Shown here one piece after another: positions 17,865 through 27,307 of a stretch of 64,000 nucleotides of DNA. Below the pieces are notes generated by a model. It ran no database searches. It saw only the letters and a program-made list of their open reading frames with translations, and was not told the origin of the DNA. Origin of the DNA: Ktedonobacterales bacterium (GTDB lineage Bacteria > Chloroflexota > Ktedonobacteria > Ktedonobacterales > JADMIN01); NCBI GenBank assembly GCA_036378295.1, contig DASUWS010000203.1, positions 27,217 through 91,216 on the forward strand, written 5' to 3'. Positions within the stretch are counted from its first letter, which is position 1. Each line of letters begins with the position of its first letter. Both the position numbers and the translations under genes were made by a program.

Positions 17865-18299
17865 CTATTTCAGCCGCGCTCCACACGCGGAGCAGAAGGC
17901 GGCGCTCCGTCGCACGCTGCGCCCGCAGGATGGGCACGCCATACGGCTGCTGCCGGGCGCGCTGGGATCGTCCTTGCGCTGCACGTTGATGCTGATCGTG
18001 CCCGGCACGAACGTCTCGTTGCGAATCGCTGAGATATCGGCCTCGCCCTGGTTGATATCGTTATCGAGCCCACGCAGGCGAGCGGCAATGGCCTGGAGTG
18101 GCCCCTGAGTCAGCTCACCCCGGCGTTCCAGGTCCAGCAGCACCCCAGCAAGCTGCTCGACGACGGCGGAACGCTCGCGCCTCAGCAGATCGATTTCGCG
18201 CTGGCGGGCGCCAGTGCGGCGTACTTTATCAGCTTCCCAGGCGGCCCGCTCCACGGCAGTGCTCGCCACACGCTTGGCATTCTCGAACATGTCCTGCAT
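17865..18299 (-). CDS. coiled-coil protein with C-terminal zinc ribbon
   Basis: 144 aa. C-terminal CPSCGRSVRRSAAFCSACG. GAGGAG RBS. It starts 6 bp after yraN. Confidence 0.6.
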   Translation of the reverse strand: MQDMFENAKRVASTAVERAAWEADKVRRTGARQREIDLLRRERSAVVEQLAGVLLDLERRGELTQGPLQAIAARLRGLDNDINQGEADISAIRNETFVPGTISINVQRKDDPSAPGSSRMACPSCGRSVRRSAAFCSACGARLK

Positions 18300-18305
18300 C
18301 GTGAA

Positions 18306-18698
18306 CTACTCCTCTAGCGCAACAGCGCTGCGATAGTGGCGTACACTGATCAGTCGCCCCTGCCCATCGAGTTGTATCGCCACGACATCAATACGACAGG
18401 ACTGCGTCTCGCGCTGCTGTTCCATAAGATAACTCTGTGCGGCGGCGATGAGATGGGCGCGCTTGGTGGCGGTAATGGCCTCTTCCGGTGCGCCGTGCGC
18501 CACTCCCCGGCGTGTCTTGACCTCCACAAACACCAGTTCGCCCTGCTCTTCAGCGACGACATCCAGCTCACCATAGGCACAGCGCCAGTTGCGCGCCAGC
18601 ACCCGATAGCCTCGTGCCTCCAGCCAGCCAGCGGCCAGCCGCTCGCCGGCGCTGCCCAGCGTTGCCGTTGCCCGCGCGGTTGCCTTCTGACGTGTCAT
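18306..18698 (-). CDS. yraN: YraN family (UPF0102) endonuclease-like protein
   Basis: GERLAAGWLEARGYRVLARNWRCAYGELDVVAEEQGELVFVEVKTRR. The ATG at 18698 sits behind GGAGAAAGGG. Confidence 0.8.
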   Translation of the reverse strand: MTRQKATARATATLGSAGERLAAGWLEARGYRVLARNWRCAYGELDVVAEEQGELVFVEVKTRRGVAHGAPEEAITATKRAHLIAAAQSYLMEQQRETQSCRIDVVAIQLDGQGRLISVRHYRSAVALEE

Positions 18699-18917
18699 CG
18701 GCGACCCTTTCTCCATGATTGGCGCGCAAGGCACTCTCCCTGCACATACGTATCAGACGGTCTCTGGGTGGCACCTCACCTGTTCGCGGGGCGCCGCGAC
18801 TACCCAACAGTCCACTCGCGCAACGTAGCGCCAGCAGGAACGTTCCATGAATAGGACTTCATGCGTCACACAGTCCGTGCTATACACTGCAGATATAGAT
18901 GAAAGAAGGCTCGTCTC

Positions 18918-19637
18918 ATGAGTAGCGCCAGGAAAGCATCTCCAACCATTGTCTTGCTTCACGGGTCAGGCGATGATGCGCATGTCTGGGATGCGCTCGT
19001 TGCCTGCCTGCCGCAGTATACCGCGATCGCGCTGGACCTGCCGGGCCACGGCAGCCTGACGAGCCGCCCAGGCCCCGCGATAATGTCCGTGGACGATTAC
19101 GCCGGGGCGGTACGCGCCGAGATGGCACGGCGTGCTATCGAGCATGTCTGTCTGGTGGGCCATTCGCTAGGGAGTGCGATTGCGCTGCGCATGGCGGTGG
19201 ACTATCCGGCGCTGGTGAGCCGGCTGCTGCTGGTCGGCGGCGGCGCGCGACTGCGTGTATTGCCCGCGTTGCTTGCGGAGGCAAAAGCTACCCCGGATTC
19301 TGCCAAGTGGCAGCTCGTCGAGATGGCTTTCGCGCCTGCCCACCAGCAACAGGCGCGCGAATTCTTCGAACAGCGCACTCCAACCGCGCCGGGCATGCTC
19401 CATCGTGATCTCGCCGCCTGCGATGCGTTCGACATGATGAGCGAGCTAGGCCACATCGCGCAGCCGACGCTGGTGGTGACGGGCGAAGAGGATCGCCTGA
19501 CGCCGCCCAAATACGCGCGCTTCCTTGCCGAGCATCTGGACAACGCACGCCTCGTGCTGATCCCGAACGCGGGCCACTACGCCCAGATCGAAGCGCCTGA
19601 GGCCATCGCCGAGGCGATGCGCGACTGGCTAGGATAG
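18918..19637 (+). CDS. alpha/beta hydrolase
   Basis: VLLHGSGDDAHVWD, nucleophile elbow GHSLGS, and a C-terminal PNAGHY histidine motif. Confidence 0.8.
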   Translation: MSSARKASPTIVLLHGSGDDAHVWDALVACLPQYTAIALDLPGHGSLTSRPGPAIMSVDDYAGAVRAEMARRAIEHVCLVGHSLGSAIALRMAVDYPALVSRLLLVGGGARLRVLPALLAEAKATPDSAKWQLVEMAFAPAHQQQAREFFEQRTPTAPGMLHRDLAACDAFDMMSELGHIAQPTLVVTGEEDRLTPPKYARFLAEHLDNARLVLIPNAGHYAQIEAPEAIAEAMRDWLG

Positions 19638-19666
19638 CCACCAGCCTTCCGCCCACGCACCGAGCT

Positions 19667-19927
19667 TTACTCCCGCAGCCGCCGTCGCTCGATAGTCTCG
19701 ATCTCAGCCCGTATCGCCTCACACACGCCGATCAGCCGCTGCGCCTCCATCCCCAGTGATTCGTCGAGCGTGGGCTGGAGCAATATTGCCTGTGCCATGA
19801 GGCGCATCACTTGTTCGAGGTGCGCCATCGCCTGATGAAGAAGCATTTCCGCATCAGCGGTGGTGGTATAGGGTATTTCAGCGCTTGCCGCGACGATGGG
19901 CGACGTGTTGCGGAGAGACTTTGGCAT
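19667..19927 (-). CDS. hypothetical small helical protein
   Basis: 86-aa ORF with a GAGGAG RBS. No recognisable family. Confidence 0.4.
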   Translation of the reverse strand: MPKSLRNTSPIVAASAEIPYTTTADAEMLLHQAMAHLEQVMRLMAQAILLQPTLDESLGMEAQRLIGVCEAIRAEIETIERRRLRE

Positions 19928-20138
19928 AGCGAATCCTGCTCCTCTTGCTCAGGCAGCGTTTCACCGCCTCCATGCACAACTCCATTCATAGGAGATGTTG
20001 AGCCGAGCAAGATAACGTTATCCAGAACGCCTTTTGCCAGCGAACATAGGCTGAACGGGCTAGCCGTGAGGGGACCAGACTGCAAGAATCGGGTAAGCGC
20101 CCCCAAAGCTCCTCACCTATGCACCACCAACAACAACG

Positions 20139-20178
20139 GCGCCCTCATCCCTCCACAATGGGAGAAAGGTGAGGGCGC
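20139..20178 (-). terminator. hairpin terminator downstream of the S41 protease gene
   Basis: 9-bp stem GCGCCCTCA / TGAGGGCGC. On the minus strand it is followed by CGTTGTTGTTGG. Confidence 0.5.
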
Positions 20179-20203
20179 ATGGGATATCCCCGCCGGAGAC
20201 GTG

Positions 20204-21577
20204 TTATGCGGCGGGTTGCTGCAGATTCTGCCCGCTGATGTCTTCCAGTCCTTTGATCAACTGGGTGTCGCCTGACTGCTCGATCTGAGTGAGCGAGTAT
20301 TGCAGATTCTGCGCGACCAGCGCCGAGACCGGCACCACGCTCTTGGGCAGTGTCACTGGCTGGTCTGGCGTGATGCCCTTGTTGTAGATGGAGGTGCCGT
20401 CTGGCAGCAGGAACTCCGCCGTGCCAATGAGGAGTACCGAGCCATCGGAGAGCTGGAACGGCTCCAGCACGGTTCCGGTGCCAAAGGTCTTCTCGCCGAT
20501 GACATGGACCTCTGGGCGGTTGACCTTGATCGCGCCCGTCACGATTTCCGCCGCGCTGGCGGTGTTGTTGTTCACGAGAATCGCCAGCGGCATATCAGTA
20601 GCCAGCCCGCCAGATTTCACCGCCTCGGTCTGACGATCCGTCCTGCTGCGCACGATCAGCACATTCTTGTCCTTGCCCGCCGGAATGAACTCGCTGGCGA
20701 CCGAGACCGCCTCGGTGAGATAGCCGCCGGGGTTATCGCGCAAATCCAGCACGATGCCCTGCACGTGCGCCGCTTTCGCCTCCTTGAGCTTCTGCCTCAG
20801 CTCAGAATCAGCGCCCTGGGCAAACTGCGTAATCTGGATGAAGGCGATATTGAGCGTCGGCACGATATAGCTGACCACAATCGGCGCGGTGAAATTGGCG
20901 CGCGCCAGCGTGACGTCGAAGACGCTGGAGAGCTTGCCCTCAGTGCGCTTGATGGTCAGCGTCACCGACGTGCCCTCCTTGCCGCCGATGAGCGGACGCA
21001 CCTGGTCAATCGTCATGCCAGTGATGTCTTTGTGGTCCACCGCGACGATGAAATCACCCGGCTTCAGCTTGCCGCTCTTGGCCGCTGGCGAGTTGGGGAT
21101 GACGGCATCGATACGCAGGGGGTCTTTGCCGCCGCCGCTCAGGTAAACGCCGATACCCACCGTCGAGGAATTGTTGAGCTGGTTCTGCTCCGCTTCGTAC
21201 TCCGCCTTGGTCTGGAAGCGGCTATGCCCGGTGTCGCCGAGGCTGTTCACCATGGCGTCAATCGCGGCATAGGCCATCTTCTTGGTATTGAGCTTGTCCG
21301 TCACGACGAAGTTGTTGGTGATGTCGTCCCACGCCTGCACGATCAGATGCTCGTCGCTCGTGGGCGAAACATAGTTATTCCGGTTGACGAAGGCGTTGCC
21401 GAACCAACCCGACGCAAACGCGACGATCACCAGGAGCGAGGTCACGACCGTCTGCCAGAGCATGCCGCGCGCATTATTCTGCCGCTGGGCATAATACTGC
21501 TCCTCTGGCGAGGGTTGCGGCGATGGAGAGGGGTACCCTGGTGGGGGCGCCTGCACATCGTTCGGGTTGTTCAGCAC
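20204..21577 (-). CDS. S41 family C-terminal processing peptidase with PDZ domain
   Basis: N-terminal TM anchor. PDZ segment (IGVYLSGGG..PNSPAAKSGKLKPGDFIVAV). S41 core DLRDNPGGYL..NNNTASAAEIVTGA. GTG start behind GGAGGA. Confidence 0.85.
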   Translation of the reverse strand: MLNNPNDVQAPPPGYPSPSPQPSPEEQYYAQRQNNARGMLWQTVVTSLLVIVAFASGWFGNAFVNRNNYVSPTSDEHLIVQAWDDITNNFVVTDKLNTKKMAYAAIDAMVNSLGDTGHSRFQTKAEYEAEQNQLNNSSTVGIGVYLSGGGKDPLRIDAVIPNSPAAKSGKLKPGDFIVAVDHKDITGMTIDQVRPLIGGKEGTSVTLTIKRTEGKLSSVFDVTLARANFTAPIVVSYIVPTLNIAFIQITQFAQGADSELRQKLKEAKAAHVQGIVLDLRDNPGGYLTEAVSVASEFIPAGKDKNVLIVRSRTDRQTEAVKSGGLATDMPLAILVNNNTASAAEIVTGAIKVNRPEVHVIGEKTFGTGTVLEPFQLSDGSVLLIGTAEFLLPDGTSIYNKGITPDQPVTLPKSVVPVSALVAQNLQYSLTQIEQSGDTQLIKGLEDISGQNLQQPAA

Positions 21578-21595
21578 GTCGTCGTCCTCCGGTCA

Positions 21596-21628
21596 ATCAT
21601 ATCCTGATCATATCCTGATCATATCCTG
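21596..21628. repeat. 3 x 11-bp perfect tandem repeat (ATCATATCCTG) immediately upstream of the S41 protease RBS
   Basis: Read directly from the DNA. In the sense of the gene it is AGGATATGATC x3, ending about 10 nt before GGAGGA. Confidence 0.9.
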
Positions 21629-21827
21629 GGTAGGTGTACTCGTCCTGGGTATTCACTGCCGCACCAGACAGCGAAAGCATCGCTACCCAAGTATACGCGT
21701 GAATGGCAGCGTGGGTAGTCCGCACTAGAGAGACGGGTGATCCAGGTCACATTGATTTGCGTTTCCTCAGCTGCGGCATGGTTTTCCTGTGGAATGCGGG
21801 CCGCGCGCCTCCCTGAAGAGCATAAAA

Positions 21828-21857
21828 GCGCCGGAGTCCGTAAGGGAACCCCGGCGC
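21828..21857 (-). terminator. rho-independent terminator downstream of the substrate-binding protein gene
   Basis: Stem GCGCCGG / CCGGCGC. On the minus strand it is followed by TTTTATGC. It lies 30 bp after the stop codon. Confidence 0.7.
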
Positions 21858-21887
21858 CAGGAAACCTCGTGTGGTGAGACCTCCGCG

Positions 21888-23717
21888 TCAATGGTTGGCG
21901 ATGTAGACGTTCGCCCAGGCGATGTCAACCATCAGACCCTGCGAGTTGAGGCCGAAGCCTCGCACCCACGGGCGCATGCGCCAGAAGAGCTTCGCCTGCT
22001 CGTAAGGAATCCACGGCACCTCCTCCACGACCATCTGCTCAGCCTGGTTATACAGCCCCATCCGCTTATCCTGATTCTGCTCACTATCAGCCTGCCTGAA
22101 GAGCTGGTCGAGCTGAGCATTCTTGATCTGAGAGTAGTTCGCCGGCGAGTTCGACATGAACTGGAGTGAGAGCCAGTCTTGCGGGTCGGGATAGTCGGCG
22201 GCCCAGCCGAGAATCCACATCTGATACGGGTTCGGGACGCTGAAAATCGCCTTACCAAAGTCATCGGGTTTCGTCGGGACCACCTGGATGTTGAGGCCCA
22301 GGATGGTGTTCCACTGCTGAGCCGCAAAGGTGGCGATGGCCACACGCGTCTGGTTCGATGCAGAGACGTGAATCTCGATGGGCTGTTTCTGATTGCCTGT
22401 GATGTAGGGACACTCCGCGGGCATCTGGAAGGTGATCGGGTCCGTCTTACAGGTTGCCTGCGCCGCCTTGAGCAGATTCTGCGCCTCGGTCTGATTGCCC
22501 GTCAACGACTGCGTTGGGTCGCTTCCAGGCGTCAGCAGACCAGAGTTGAAGCCCGGCATGCCTTTGGGCACGATATGATTGGTCGGAATCGCGCCACCAT
22601 TCTCGACCCGGTCCACCAGCAATTGCTTATTGAGCGAGAGGGAAAGCGCCTGGCGAACCTGCTTGTTGTTCATCGGCGGCTGGTTGAAATTGAGGCCGAA
22701 ATAGGTCTCGGCGAGGAACGGAACCTCGTTGAAGTCGCTCTGGCCGCGCGCCGTGAAATAGCTCTGCACGGGCACGTCGGTAAAGTCATACTTGCCTGAG
22801 CGATAGTCCTTGTACTCGGAGTCCACCGACGCGTAGAGCGGGCGGATCACTTTCTTCAGCGTCAGATTCTTGCCCCAGGCCTGCTCCCAATAGGGGTTCG
22901 GCTCCAGGATGATCCGCTGCGGACTGGATGAGGCGTCGTACTGAGCTACCTTGAATGGCCCATTGGTGCCGCCTTCGTCCAGATGCTGCACCCACGTGCC
23001 GTTAGGATAGCGATCGACGAGCTTCTTCTCGACCGGATAGGAGGTTGGATAGGTCAGCGCCTCCATGAAGTAGGCAACCGGAGCATCGAGACGGATCTGC
23101 AGCGTCAGCGGATCGAGCACGCTCACGCCGAAGTTCGGATCGGTGCCTGGCCCAACGATGGACTGGGTCCTGGTGCCACTGTTATAATCGGCCCCGCCGA
23201 CGATATGGCCGAGGAAGTTCTGGATGAGTCCCGGGGAGCAGAATCCCGTGCCGCCTGGTGCAGGACCGTACGTAGCTTTGTCGAGCACATCGCACAGGTG
23301 TGGATCGAAGGCGCGACTGAGGCTATAGGCAAAGTCCGTCGCCGTGAGCGGCGTGCCATCGCTGAAATGCATGTTTTGCCGCAGATGGAAGGTATAAATC
23401 TTCCCGGTCGTATCCACAGTCCAGTCGGTGGCAGCGTCACCAACCACCGTCAAATCCGGCGAGAACGTCACCAGCCCGGAATAGAGCATGTCGGTGAATG
23501 TCGAGTCCGCCAGGTAGGCTACCGCGTGCGGATCGAGCACCACCTGATTCACGTTGTCCGAGCGCGTGTATGGATAGACGAAGGTCTGGTCGTCGGCCAG
23601 CGGCGGCCCTCCGTTGCCTGATGTGCCACACGCCGCGAGCAGCAGCGGTAGCAGCCCAGCCAGCAGCACCAATCCTCTTACCAAACGCTGATGTCGAAGT
23701 GTCTGTTTTCCCTTCAC
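21888..23717 (-). CDS. ABC transporter substrate-binding lipoprotein, family 5 (peptide/nickel, OppA/DppA/MppA-like)
   Basis: GTG start behind AAAGGAG gives VKGKQTLRHQRL..LLLAAC lipobox. The length and motifs (YPYTR.., GLVTFSPDL, YTFHLRQNMHFSDG, GPFKV) fit SBP_bac_5. Confidence 0.85.
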   Translation of the reverse strand: MKGKQTLRHQRLVRGLVLLAGLLPLLLAACGTSGNGGPPLADDQTFVYPYTRSDNVNQVVLDPHAVAYLADSTFTDMLYSGLVTFSPDLTVVGDAATDWTVDTTGKIYTFHLRQNMHFSDGTPLTATDFAYSLSRAFDPHLCDVLDKATYGPAPGGTGFCSPGLIQNFLGHIVGGADYNSGTRTQSIVGPGTDPNFGVSVLDPLTLQIRLDAPVAYFMEALTYPTSYPVEKKLVDRYPNGTWVQHLDEGGTNGPFKVAQYDASSSPQRIILEPNPYWEQAWGKNLTLKKVIRPLYASVDSEYKDYRSGKYDFTDVPVQSYFTARGQSDFNEVPFLAETYFGLNFNQPPMNNKQVRQALSLSLNKQLLVDRVENGGAIPTNHIVPKGMPGFNSGLLTPGSDPTQSLTGNQTEAQNLLKAAQATCKTDPITFQMPAECPYITGNQKQPIEIHVSASNQTRVAIATFAAQQWNTILGLNIQVVPTKPDDFGKAIFSVPNPYQMWILGWAADYPDPQDWLSLQFMSNSPANYSQIKNAQLDQLFRQADSEQNQDKRMGLYNQAEQMVVEEVPWIPYEQAKLFWRMRPWVRGFGLNSQGLMVDIAWANVYIANH

Positions 23718-24037
23718 ACCCGCTCCTTTACAGTGCCCGGCTGCTTCAATCCGGTCCACGAGGCGTGACCGTCGCATGCAGGCAATCCTCCCAGCCCAAC
23801 CCAACGCCGCAGGGGCGACAGATAGAAAAACACTCCCGATGGAGGCTCTTCGCAGGCTGATGCGCCGTCCAGCGGTTGCCAGGCGGAGCAACAACCTCTG
23901 TTTGCCCGCGCATCACCACTGGAAGACATATGCCTCGCGATTGTATGCAACCATGATGCGCCTGTCAAATCGCTAGCCACACTCAGCCTGATAAACCGCA
24001 TATACCGCTTGATCCAGGTTGACCCCGCCGCACTCGC

Positions 24038-25132
24038 TCAGGCGACATAGTGCGTCATCGTATAGGTGCTGGCGAAATACGGGAACGGATCAACTGGATT
24101 GTTATCCCACTCGACCATGAAGTGCAGGTGCGGGCCAGTAGACCAGCCGGTCGAACCCTCCAGCCCAATGGGATCACCCGCCAGCACGTGATCTCCTGGC
24201 TTGACCAGCACCTTCTGCATGTGTCCGTAGAGCGTTGAGATATGGTTGCAGTTATTGAGCTTCACCGACCATCCCAGGCCATTGGTGCCATCCCATCCGG
24301 CCCAGACAACCAAACCAGATTGTGCCGCATGGATCGTATTGCCGTCCGTAGCGGCGAGATCGTCGCCGTTGTGGTACCAGGAGAAGCCACGGACCCAGTG
24401 GGACCCCCAATTCGGGGAATACAGCTTGTAGCCCAGGGGATTGCCATGGCCATCAGGGCCGCAGGTTGTCTCCTCGTCGGGCGTGCCAGAGACGGAGTTC
24501 CACCAGTTCGACCCAAAGACATTGCCCCCACCCGAACTGGTCGTCACGATATAAGCAGGCGGGCGGTAGGTGGCGCCATAGGTAGGATCAGTGGGTATCT
24601 TATACGCTCTGCCAATAATGAGTTCCTGGCCCGCCAGCAGGCTATTGAGCTCATAGATGCCGCCAAGCTCCACGTGGAACTGCTTCGCGAGCGCTTCCAC
24701 ATCGTCGCCGGGCTGGGCGGTATAGTAGAAAAAGCTGTTCTTCTGCAGGACCATGGCGCCCGCGAGCGCCTGGAAGGCAGACACCTGACCGGTAGCGCCG
24801 GTGCTCATCGGGGTGGCCGCGAAGATACCAGTCAGCAGGATAGCAGACATGAGTCCGATAACCGCCAGACGGAGCGAGAGCGGACGCTCGCGCCGCTTGA
24901 TGAACGGCGTGCCCATTGGGACGCCGTTGCCCGGCACGATAAGCGGCTCCGCATCGGAGAGCGGCACAGTGCTCAGTCCACCATCCTTCCGTGGGACGAG
25001 CGCGCGCTCGGATGAGAAGTCCCATGCATCCTCCGCGCCCCGACCCATATTCCCATCTTCATTCCAGCGAGCGGCTGCACTGTATCGCGAGTCATCATCA
25101 TCTTGCTGATACCGCGAACGTCCCCTATCCAT
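24038..25132 (-). CDS. LysM domain-containing M23 family metallopeptidase
   Basis: TM anchor. LysM segment (YTAQPGDDVEALAKQFHVELGGIYELN..IIGRAYKIP). M23 motifs HNGDD...GHMQKVLVKPGDHV..GLEGSTGWSTGPHLHF. GAGGAGGGG RBS. Confidence 0.85.
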   Translation of the reverse strand: MDRGRSRYQQDDDDSRYSAAARWNEDGNMGRGAEDAWDFSSERALVPRKDGGLSTVPLSDAEPLIVPGNGVPMGTPFIKRRERPLSLRLAVIGLMSAILLTGIFAATPMSTGATGQVSAFQALAGAMVLQKNSFFYYTAQPGDDVEALAKQFHVELGGIYELNSLLAGQELIIGRAYKIPTDPTYGATYRPPAYIVTTSSGGGNVFGSNWWNSVSGTPDEETTCGPDGHGNPLGYKLYSPNWGSHWVRGFSWYHNGDDLAATDGNTIHAAQSGLVVWAGWDGTNGLGWSVKLNNCNHISTLYGHMQKVLVKPGDHVLAGDPIGLEGSTGWSTGPHLHFMVEWDNNPVDPFPYFASTYTMTHYVA

Positions 25133-25624
25133 TCATCCCCTCCTCGAACAGGAGTCTGCCTCACATGCACACACATGGCAGTATTCGCTTGCTGCCCAGA
25201 ACAATCCGGAGATGACCCATTGGGGGATGTACCCCGTCTGAGGGAGTGTGGCGCTTGTAATACCCCTGCCATCCGCGCTGACCCCACCTAATCTGTCACC
25301 ACGGTAGCCAATCGGGCTCCTGCCGTCAAGAAACTCAGCCAGAATGGCACAGGTGAGAACACATTTCGCATAGAGGCCACGAACACAACACGAACGAACA
25401 CAACATGAAGAACGAGCGGCGCCAGCGCATGACACGTGTCCCAGCACGGCGAGATCATCGCGGATGCTCTCTGGCACCACGCCTCATCAATCCCAACAAC
25501 GCGCTTATTCCAGCGATGGCCACATGTATCTCAGATGTATAGGCGGTATGGGCGATGTTGTGGCCCTGGAGATACATGGTACAATTCACCTGGTCTTCGC
25601 TTTCGCAGTTATCACTGGCCTGCT

Positions 25625-25651
25625 CACTATCATCACTATCATCACCGTCAT
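25625..25651. repeat. 3 x 9-bp tandem repeat (CACTATCAT CACTATCAT CACCGTCAT) in the leader of the MFS gene
   Basis: Read directly from the DNA. A TACAAT hexamer lies at 25580-25585. Confidence 0.8.
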
Positions 25652-25767
25652 CGCGCTGTCGGGCCGTTGGGCGCGCAAGGCAGCATCGCGGTTCCCATCC
25701 GGCGGCGAGATACGCGGCAGGTGGGCACATTCTCATCGGCTATACGGACTTCGACTTCGAGGAGTAC

Positions 25768-27093
25768 ATGGACCACACGGCGTCATCTTCGACCCACCGC
25801 GAACATACTCCGGCACACAATTTCGCCGAGGCGGCAGGCATTCCAGAGTCTTCAGGTATCTCTCCCCATGCTGAGCACGTGACAGGTCGGTGGCGTTCGC
25901 TGCTCGTCTTTGCTCTGATCTTCTTTGTCGGCATCAACCTGCGCACCGTCATCCTGGCCATCGCGCCCATCTTGCCCCTGATCCAGCGCGACCTGCGTCT
26001 CTCCTATACCGCGACAGGACTGCTGACCTCGCTGCCACTCCTGCTCATGGCGGGTTTCGCCCTGCCCTCCGGGCTGCTGGCGGGACGCCTCGGTGGGCGG
26101 CGCATCGTGGGGCTGGGGTTGACGCTGCTGGCGGTGGGTGCGGTACTGCGGGGCCTCTGGCCAGCGGTGCTGCCGCTCTATATCTTCACTGTGCTCTTGA
26201 GCCTGGGCATTACACTGGTGCAGACGACCGTGCCGGTGCTCGTACGTCAGTGGTTTCCGACGCGTATTGGCCTGGCCGCCGCGCTCTTCACCGATGGACT
26301 GATCCTGGGAGAGACGCTTGGCGCCGCATTTACCCTGCCAATCATGCAGCGCTTCCTCGGACCCGACGGCTGGCCAGGCACGATGCTCTTCTGGGCCGCG
26401 CCAACCGTGCTTGCGCTGGCGCTCTGGCTTTTCTTTGCGCCGCCCGCCGCCGCGACGCTCCCCGCGCGATCCGCCGCTCAGGGTCAGGCAGCACGAGCGC
26501 GGGAATCTGCCGCGCCACGCCGCCGGGTGAACGCGCTGCACCTGGGCATCCTGCTGGGCTCCGGCAGCCTGATCTATTTTGGCATGAACGCCTGGATCTC
26601 ACCGTACAATGTCGCCATCGGCGCGAGCAAAGCCACGCCGCTTGCCCTGGGCGTGCTCAATGCCATCCAGTTGCCGGTGGGCCTTTCGCTCCTCCCCTTC
26701 GCGCAACGGCTGGCGGGCCGCCGCTGGCCGTTCCTGGTTGCTGGGAGCGTCTGCCTGGTAGCGATCTTCGGCTGGGTCTTCTCCCCGGTCGCCTGGCAGC
26801 CTTTCTGGGCCGCATGGCTCGGCGCCAGTTCGTCGTTCGTCTTTGTGCTGGGCATTGCTCTGCCCTCACTGCTGGCCGACCGCGCATCCGTCGCCCGGCT
26901 GGCGGGCGCGACCCTCACGATCAGCTATGGCGTCGCGTTTCTTGGTCCGCTGCTTGGCGGCTCCTTCTGGGACCTCACCCACCTGCCACAGTGGGCGTTT
27001 GCCCCCGTCAGCATCGCTGGCTTGCTCTTGATCGTCCTCGGCGCGATGCTTCCCTCGCGGACAAACTTCGGCCTGGTTGACGAAGCGAAGTAA
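25768..27093 (+). CDS. MFS transporter (CynX/NimT-like)
   Basis: The ATG sits behind GAGGAG. Twelve predicted TM segments. LRLSYTATGLLTSLPLLLMAGFALPSGLLAGRLGGRR matches the MFS TM2-3 loop. Confidence 0.75.
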   Translation: MDHTASSSTHREHTPAHNFAEAAGIPESSGISPHAEHVTGRWRSLLVFALIFFVGINLRTVILAIAPILPLIQRDLRLSYTATGLLTSLPLLLMAGFALPSGLLAGRLGGRRIVGLGLTLLAVGAVLRGLWPAVLPLYIFTVLLSLGITLVQTTVPVLVRQWFPTRIGLAAALFTDGLILGETLGAAFTLPIMQRFLGPDGWPGTMLFWAAPTVLALALWLFFAPPAAATLPARSAAQGQAARARESAAPRRRVNALHLGILLGSGSLIYFGMNAWISPYNVAIGASKATPLALGVLNAIQLPVGLSLLPFAQRLAGRRWPFLVAGSVCLVAIFGWVFSPVAWQPFWAAWLGASSSFVFVLGIALPSLLADRASVARLAGATLTISYGVAFLGPLLGGSFWDLTHLPQWAFAPVSIAGLLLIVLGAMLPSRTNFGLVDEAK

Positions 27094-27095
27094 AT

Positions 27096-27127
27096 CCGCC
27101 TGGTCAGCCCCACTGATCGCCAGGCGG
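27096..27127 (+). terminator. hairpin directly after the MFS stop codon
   Basis: 8-bp stem CCGCCTGG / CCAGGCGG. There is no clear U-tract. Confidence 0.4.
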
Positions 27128-27307
27128 CTCACAGATGAGCCGCCTGTAGCTCATGTATAATAGCAAGCGCTATCCCCCGGAGCAGTAGGTCAATACAACG
27201 GCAACCGTACCTATACCTTTGGAGCGGCAGCGCTGGAAGCATCAGGTTCTTCATGACACCTTCGGGTGCCAACGCTGCCGTGGAGTTTGAGTGGAGGGAG
27301 ATGCCTC

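Noticed and set aside
20300-21607. 435-aa plus-strand ORF
   Set aside because: It is antisense to the S41 protease gene. It has a low-complexity Arg/Asp/His-rich translation.
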